31,345 nt of DNA from Escherichia phage D8. The stretch lies in sequence record OM475426; one strand, given 5' to 3'. Under the pieces are notes generated by a model. It saw nothing but the letters and a program-made list of their open reading frames with translations, made no database searches and had not been told where the DNA came from. Positions 26,816-31,345 of the stretch are shown here, one piece after another. Every line of letters begins with the position of its first letter. Within the stretch, counting starts at the first letter, position 1. The translations under genes and the position numbers were made by a program.

Positions 26816-29084
26816 AGCCTCCGGGCGTTTTGTCCCTCCGTCAGCATTTGCCGCAGGCACCGGTAAGACATTTACCGGTGCTTATGCATGGAACGCGCCA
26901 CGCGAGGCCGTCGGGCGCGAAAGACCCCTTACACGTGACGAGATGCGTCAGGTGCAAGGTGTTTTATCCACGATTAACCGCCTGCCTTACTTTTTGCGTT
27001 CGCTGTTTACTTCACGCTATGACTACATCCGGCGCAATAAAAGCCCGGTGCACGGGTTTTATTTCCTCACATCCACTTTTCAGCGTCGTTTATGGCCGCG
27101 CATTGAGCGTGTGAATCAGCGCCATGAAATGAACACCGACGCGTCGATGCTGTTTCTGGCTGAGCGTGACCACTATGCGCGCCTGCCGGGAATGAATGAC
27201 AAGGAGCTGAAAAAGTTTGCCGCCCGTATCTCATCGCAGCTTTTCATGATGTATGAGGAACTCAGCGATGCCTGGGTGGATGCGCATGGCGAGAAAGAAT
27301 CGCTGTTTACGGATGAGGCGCAGGCTCACCTCTATGGTCATGTTGCTGGCGCTGCACGTGCTTTCAATATTTCCCCGCTTTACTGGAAAAAATACCGTAA
27401 AGGACAGATGACCACGAGGCAGGCATATTCTGCCATTGCCCGTCTGTTTAACGATGAGTGGTGGACTCATCAGCTTAAAGGCCAGCGTATGCGCTGGCAT
27501 GAAGCGTTACTGATAGCTGTCGGGGAGGTCAATAAAGACCGTTCTCCTTATGCCAGTAAACACGCCATTCGTGATGTGCGTGCGCGCCGCCAGGCAAATC
27601 TGGAATTTCTTAAATCGTGTGACCTTGAAAACAGGGAAACCGGCGAGCGCATCGACCTTATCAGTAAGGTGATGGGCAGTATTTCTAATCCTGAAGTTCG
27701 CCGGATGGAGCTGATGAACACCATTGCCGGTATTGAGCGTTACGCCGCCGCAGAGGGTGATGTGGGGATGTTTATCACGCTGACCGCGCCGTCAAAGTAT
27801 CACCCGACACGTCAGGTCAGAAAAGGCGAAAGTAAAACCGTTCAGCTAAATCACGGCTGGAACGATGAGGCATTTAATCCAAAGGATGCGCAGCGTTATC
27901 TCTGCCGCATCTGGAGCCTGATGCGCACGGCATTCAAGGATAATGATTTACAGGTCTACGGTTTGCGTGTCGTCGAGCCACACCACGACGGAACGCCGCA
28001 CTGGCATATGATGCTTTTTTGTAATCCACGCCAGCGTAACCAGATTATCGAAATCATGCGTCGCTACGCGCTCAAAGAGGATGGAGACGAAAGAGGAGCT
28101 GCGCGAAACCGTTTTCAGGCAAAGCACCTTAACCGGGGCGGTGCTGCGGGATATATCGCGAAATACATTTCAAAAAATATCGACGGCTATGCACTGGATG
28201 GTCAGCTCGATAACGATACCGGTAAGCCGCTTAAAGATACTGCCGCGGCTGTTACCGCATGGGCGTCAACGTGGCGCATCCCGCAATTTAAAACGGTTGG
28301 CCTGCCGACAATGGGGGCTTACCGTGAACTACGCAAATTGCCTCGCGGCGTCAGCATTGCTGATGAGTTTGACGAGCGCGTCGAGGCTGCACGCGCCGCC
28401 GCAGACAGTGGTGATTTTGCGTTGTATATCAGCGCGCAGGGTGGGGCAAATGTCCCGCGCGATTGTCAGACTGTCAGGGTCGCCCGTAGCCCGTCGGATG
28501 ACGTTAACGAGTATGAGGAAGAAGTCGAGAGAGTGGTCGGCATTTACGCGCCGCATCTCGGCGCGCGTCATATTCATATCACCAGAACGACGGACTGGCG
28601 CATTGTGCCGAAAGTTCCGGTCGTTGAGCCCTTGACTTTAAAAAGCGGCATCGCCGCGCCTCGGAGTCCTGTCAATAACTGTGGAAAGCTCACCGGTGGT
28701 GATACTTCGTTACCGGCTCCCACGCCTTCTGAGCACGCCGCAGCAGTGCTTAATCTGGTTGATGACGGTGTTATCGAATGGAATGACCCGGAGGTCGTGA
28801 GGGCGCTCAGAAGCGCATTAAAACACGGCCTGAGAAGACCAAACCGTCAGCAAAGAAACGGAAGCCCGTTAAAACCGCATGAAATAGCGCCATCGGCCAG
28901 ACTGACCCGGTCGGAACGAATGCAAATTACCCGTATCCGCGTTGACCTTGCTCAGAACGGTATCAGGCCGCAGCGATGGGAGCTTGAGGCGCTGGCGCGA
29001 GGGGCTACCATAACATATGGCAGGAAGACGTTTATATATCCTACAATCGATGTGTGTTTGGGATATTCTGCTTTTACAAAATGA
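26805..29084 (+). CDS. A: Replication initiation protein A (rolling-circle nickase, P2 gpA-like), about 759 aa
   Basis: Start at MAVKASGRF...; length about 760 aa as P2 gpA (761 aa); HUH-like motif (PHWHMMLF) and Tyr-containing motif (AGYIAKYISKN) consistent with a rolling-circle initiator. Confidence 0.85.
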   Translation: MAVKASGRFVPPSAFAAGTGKTFTGAYAWNAPREAVGRERPLTRDEMRQVQGVLSTINRLPYFLRSLFTSRYDYIRRNKSPVHGFYFLTSTFQRRLWPRIERVNQRHEMNTDASMLFLAERDHYARLPGMNDKELKKFAARISSQLFMMYEELSDAWVDAHGEKESLFTDEAQAHLYGHVAGAARAFNISPLYWKKYRKGQMTTRQAYSAIARLFNDEWWTHQLKGQRMRWHEALLIAVGEVNKDRSPYASKHAIRDVRARRQANLEFLKSCDLENRETGERIDLISKVMGSISNPEVRRMELMNTIAGIERYAAAEGDVGMFITLTAPSKYHPTRQVRKGESKTVQLNHGWNDEAFNPKDAQRYLCRIWSLMRTAFKDNDLQVYGLRVVEPHHDGTPHWHMMLFCNPRQRNQIIEIMRRYALKEDGDERGAARNRFQAKHLNRGGAAGYIAKYISKNIDGYALDGQLDNDTGKPLKDTAAAVTAWASTWRIPQFKTVGLPTMGAYRELRKLPRGVSIADEFDERVEAARAAADSGDFALYISAQGGANVPRDCQTVRVARSPSDDVNEYEEEVERVVGIYAPHLGARHIHITRTTDWRIVPKVPVVEPLTLKSGIAAPRSPVNNCGKLTGGDTSLPAPTPSEHAAAVLNLVDDGVIEWNDPEVVRALRSALKHGLRRPNRQQRNGSPLKPHEIAPSARLTRSERMQITRIRVDLAQNGIRPQRWELEALARGATITYGRKTFIYPTIDVCLGYSAFTK

Positions 29085-29199
29085 ATGGTGTCGGAACATA
29101 ATATTTTCAGGTGTTCAAAGAGTTTGTTCTGATGTTCTTGCTATTTTTGTTTCTTTTGATGAAAATGGCGTCTTTAAAATTGGTTAAAAGGTGTGTTGT

Positions 29200-29688
29200 A
29201 TGGATGGTTTATGGGAAAAAATATCGTCTTATAATATATTTAACAATCTCTTTCCCGGTGCTTTGTTTATTTATTTGTTTGAGCGGGCAACCAATGTGAT
29301 ATTATCCACAGATGATGTTGTTAAGAATGTGGTACTTTACTATTTTACGGGGATAATTATCGGAAGGATTGGGTCTATTGTTTTTGAGCCTGTGTTGAAA
29401 TTTTTGGGGCTGGTAAAATTTGTTCCATATGAGGAATATATCTCAGCATGTAGAAAGGATAATAAAATAGAGCTTCTTCAAGAAACTGCAAATATGTATA
29501 GGACGTTATTCTCTATGTCCTTGGTTTTTTTGTTTTCTTTGTTTTTTGTTTCGTTTGTAGTTGGTGGTGATTACATGGCGTCGAAATGGATTTCATTGTT
29601 TTTGATTTTTGTTTTTATTGTGTCGTACGTTAAGCAAATTAAGTTTATTACATTAAGAGTGAGTAAGGCTAATAATAAGCTGCCCTAA
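29200..29688 (+). CDS. Cargo ORF: small polytopic membrane protein (about 4 TM helices), about 162 aa, unknown function
   Basis: AT-rich; RBS aaggtg before ATG at 29200; hydrophobic segments FPGALFIYLF, VVLYYFTGIIIGRIGSIVF, LFSMSLVFLFSLFFVSFVVGG, WISLFLIFVFIVSYV. Confidence 0.55.
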   Translation: MDGLWEKISSYNIFNNLFPGALFIYLFERATNVILSTDDVVKNVVLYYFTGIIIGRIGSIVFEPVLKFLGLVKFVPYEEYISACRKDNKIELLQETANMYRTLFSMSLVFLFSLFFVSFVVGGDYMASKWISLFLIFVFIVSYVKQIKFITLRVSKANNKLP

Positions 29689-29696
29689 GGCAGCTT
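29677..29696. terminator. Bidirectional hairpin terminator between the convergent cargo genes
   Basis: Perfect 8-bp stem aagctgcc/ctaa/ggcagctt spanning the stop codon of the plus-strand ORF and lying 7 nt from the minus-strand ORF stop; T/A-rich flank on the minus-strand side. Confidence 0.55.
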
Positions 29697-29702
29697 AACG
29701 AA

Positions 29703-30788
29703 TTATTCTTCAGTCTTATAACTCCTTGCGTATGAGCGTGGGGTGACTGCAGTCCAGCCATCTCTGGCGGGGGCATTACTAGAATGGCGTTTATTGGTGC
29801 CTTCTGTGGCGACTACTTTGGCTCCACGCCTTGTAAAAGCATTAATGACCGCTTGATGAGGGTGTTTATCGGAATCCGGTGCGCATGATATAAATGCACA
29901 AACACCACTTCTTCCTCCTTCGCTTACAATATTTCCAACGAGCTTATTTAGCACCGCTGGACCGATGTTTCTCCTGCTTCCATGGTGGGGCACTTGAATA
30001 AATGATAATGAGTTATTATTTATATGATCAGCAGCCATATCTAATGCAGTTATTCCTGCATCACCTGTAAATACTAGTGTTTTATTGTCAATTTCAATTT
30101 TTAATATAACGCTTGAATTGTTTTGTGCAGTAGTTGTGTCCTTGTCATCAATTCCCTCATCAGAGAACCAATCAGCAATATACTCGACTTGTTCTTTGGC
30201 TTTCTCAAAAAAGTAGTTATATGCATCTGTACCACTGGTTGCAGTTGTTTCTGCTTTTTCAGGCATTCTTGCAAAATCGGGGATTAATGTTTCATAGTAT
30301 GCTTGTGTTGGTCCAATAACAACCAGTTTAGAATTGTCCCAAGTCCTGCCTTGAAAAGGCTCCTTAATTTCTATTCCTTTTTTTTTCGCTGATTTGACGG
30401 CATCATAGGCTTTTTGTAGATTATCTTGTATACGTCTGGCAATACTTGCATCTGTTATCCTTCCATCAGCAAATTCCTGCGCGAGATTTTCATTATGCTC
30501 CCAAGGCTGGTGAATCCAGAACTCTTTGACTTCCGCATTCTCAATCACATGCTCAAGGCCGCCAGCATGGTCGCTATCTGGATGCGTGGATATGAGTAAG
30601 TCAATAGTATTTGTATGATAGTATTTCTGTAAATGTTCAATTATTTGTGGACCAGTGCTTGCGTACCCCGCATCAATTACGACAACTTTTTGCTCTGCTC
30701 TTGTTCCGTGGAGGTTGCCCCATCTTATGCAGATAGCATCTCCACTTTTTTTTTCTCCAACTGCTAAGAAATCAACTTCGTAACCCAT
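29703..30788 (-). CDS. Cargo ORF: metallo-beta-lactamase-fold hydrolase (possible nuclease), 361 aa
   Basis: All five MBL-fold motifs in order: VVVIDAG (Asp), STHPDSDHAGG (HxDxDH variant of HxHxDH), FWIHQ (His), VFTGDAG (Asp), VPHHGS (His); AT-rich; RBS-like aaggg before ATG; located where P2 carries tin/old. Confidence 0.75.
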   Translation of the reverse strand: MGYEVDFLAVGEKKSGDAICIRWGNLHGTRAEQKVVVIDAGYASTGPQIIEHLQKYYHTNTIDLLISTHPDSDHAGGLEHVIENAEVKEFWIHQPWEHNENLAQEFADGRITDASIARRIQDNLQKAYDAVKSAKKKGIEIKEPFQGRTWDNSKLVVIGPTQAYYETLIPDFARMPEKAETTATSGTDAYNYFFEKAKEQVEYIADWFSDEGIDDKDTTTAQNNSSVILKIEIDNKTLVFTGDAGITALDMAADHINNNSLSFIQVPHHGSRRNIGPAVLNKLVGNIVSEGGRSGVCAFISCAPDSDKHPHQAVINAFTRRGAKVVATEGTNKRHSSNAPARDGWTAVTPRSYARSYKTEE

Positions 30789-31128
30789 TCTTGTGCCCTT
30801 CTGTAGTTTTCAACTTTATGTAAGTGTTGTACGCCAAAGTAGTGCAGGACTTGATTAGGCAATCAAAGACCTTTAAAACAATATCAGGATGCATAAATAT
30901 TCGTGTCTAGATCAATAGATTAGATCGAGTTTTTGATAATCAATTTGCGCCTGCTTCTTGATAACCGTTGTTAGTGTAAATTTTGCGCAATGTAATTGGC
31001 AAATCACTGCGATATGAGTTGCGTGCCAGCCAGCTTTAATATGCAGACTTTGCTATATCTTTCTACACGATTTTTATTTTCAGATGTGCAAGCATTAGGC
31101 GCATTGTTTTGCATGCGTTGGAGCTGCT

Positions 31129-31220
31129 AGTTTAGATCGTGCTCCGTCAGAATAGGCGCGACACCATGGTGGTCATGCACCTGCATTAAAACCGACCCAT
31201 GAAGCGGGCGGGCGAGGCGG
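31129..31220. repeat. Second copy of the 92-bp terminal direct repeat (identical to window bases 1-92), includes the first half of the cos-like sequence
   Basis: Exact match read from sequence; divergence begins at 31221. Confidence 0.9.
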
Positions 31221-31345
31221 CATTAGATATGGCTGCTGATCATATAAATAATAACTCATTATCATTTATTCAAGTGCCCCACCATGGAAGCAGGAGAAAC
31301 ATCGGTCCAGCGGTGCTAAATAAGCTCGTTGGAAATATTGTAAGC
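31221..31345. repeat. 125-bp inverted duplication: reverse complement of 29922-30046 (internal to the MBL-fold gene)
   Basis: Reverse complement of gcttacaatatttccaacgagc...cagccatatctaatg (29922-30046) equals 31221-31345 exactly as far as I can read. Confidence 0.85.

Noticed and set aside
29111-29299. 62-aa hydrophobic ORF overlapping the start of the membrane-protein gene in another frame
   Set aside because: Begins with GTG, has no clear RBS, and overlaps a longer ORF with better start context; hydrophobic translation could be a composition effect of T-rich DNA. Kept only as a start-site ambiguity.
1-31345. Integrated prophage with attL/attR and host flanks
   Set aside because: Gene order runs cos-Q...A-cos with int and attP internal, and the ends repeat each other; no host genes are present, so the window is a phage genome in virion or circular orientation rather than an insertion in a chromosome.
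1-31345. tRNA, rRNA, CRISPR arrays, insertion sequences
   Set aside because: No cloverleaf-like or rRNA-like segments, no regularly spaced short repeats, and no transposase-like ORF or terminal inverted repeats flanking a transposase were seen.

Overview
The window is essentially one complete P2-like (Peduovirus-type) temperate myophage genome laid out cos-to-cos, not a chromosome-flanked prophage. Bases 1-92 recur at 31129-31220, so the unit length is 31,128 bp. Gene order follows P2: cos; Q and P (portal, large terminase; minus strand); O N M L (scaffold, capsid, small terminase, head completion); X Y K lysA lysB/lysC (lysis); R S V W J I H G (tail completion, baseplate, tail fibre); an AT-rich cargo ORF at the Z/fun position; FI FII E/E' T U D (sheath, tube, frameshifted chaperone, tape measure); ogr; attP and int; C and cox; B; four small early ORFs; A (replication); then a second AT-rich cargo island at the tin/old position. 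All identifications come from reading the ORF translations against remembered P2 proteins and gene lengths; no database search was run. No rRNA, tRNA, CRISPR array or transposase was seen. The candidates for something new are the two low-GC cargo islands at known P2 hotspots: a convergent pair of a 4-TM membrane protein and a 361-aa metallo-beta-lactamase-fold protein (29.1-31.1 kb), and a 197-aa N-terminally anchored protein (15.2-16.4 kb). The last 125 bp of the window are an inverted copy of an internal segment of the MBL-fold gene, which looks like an assembly or construction artefact.
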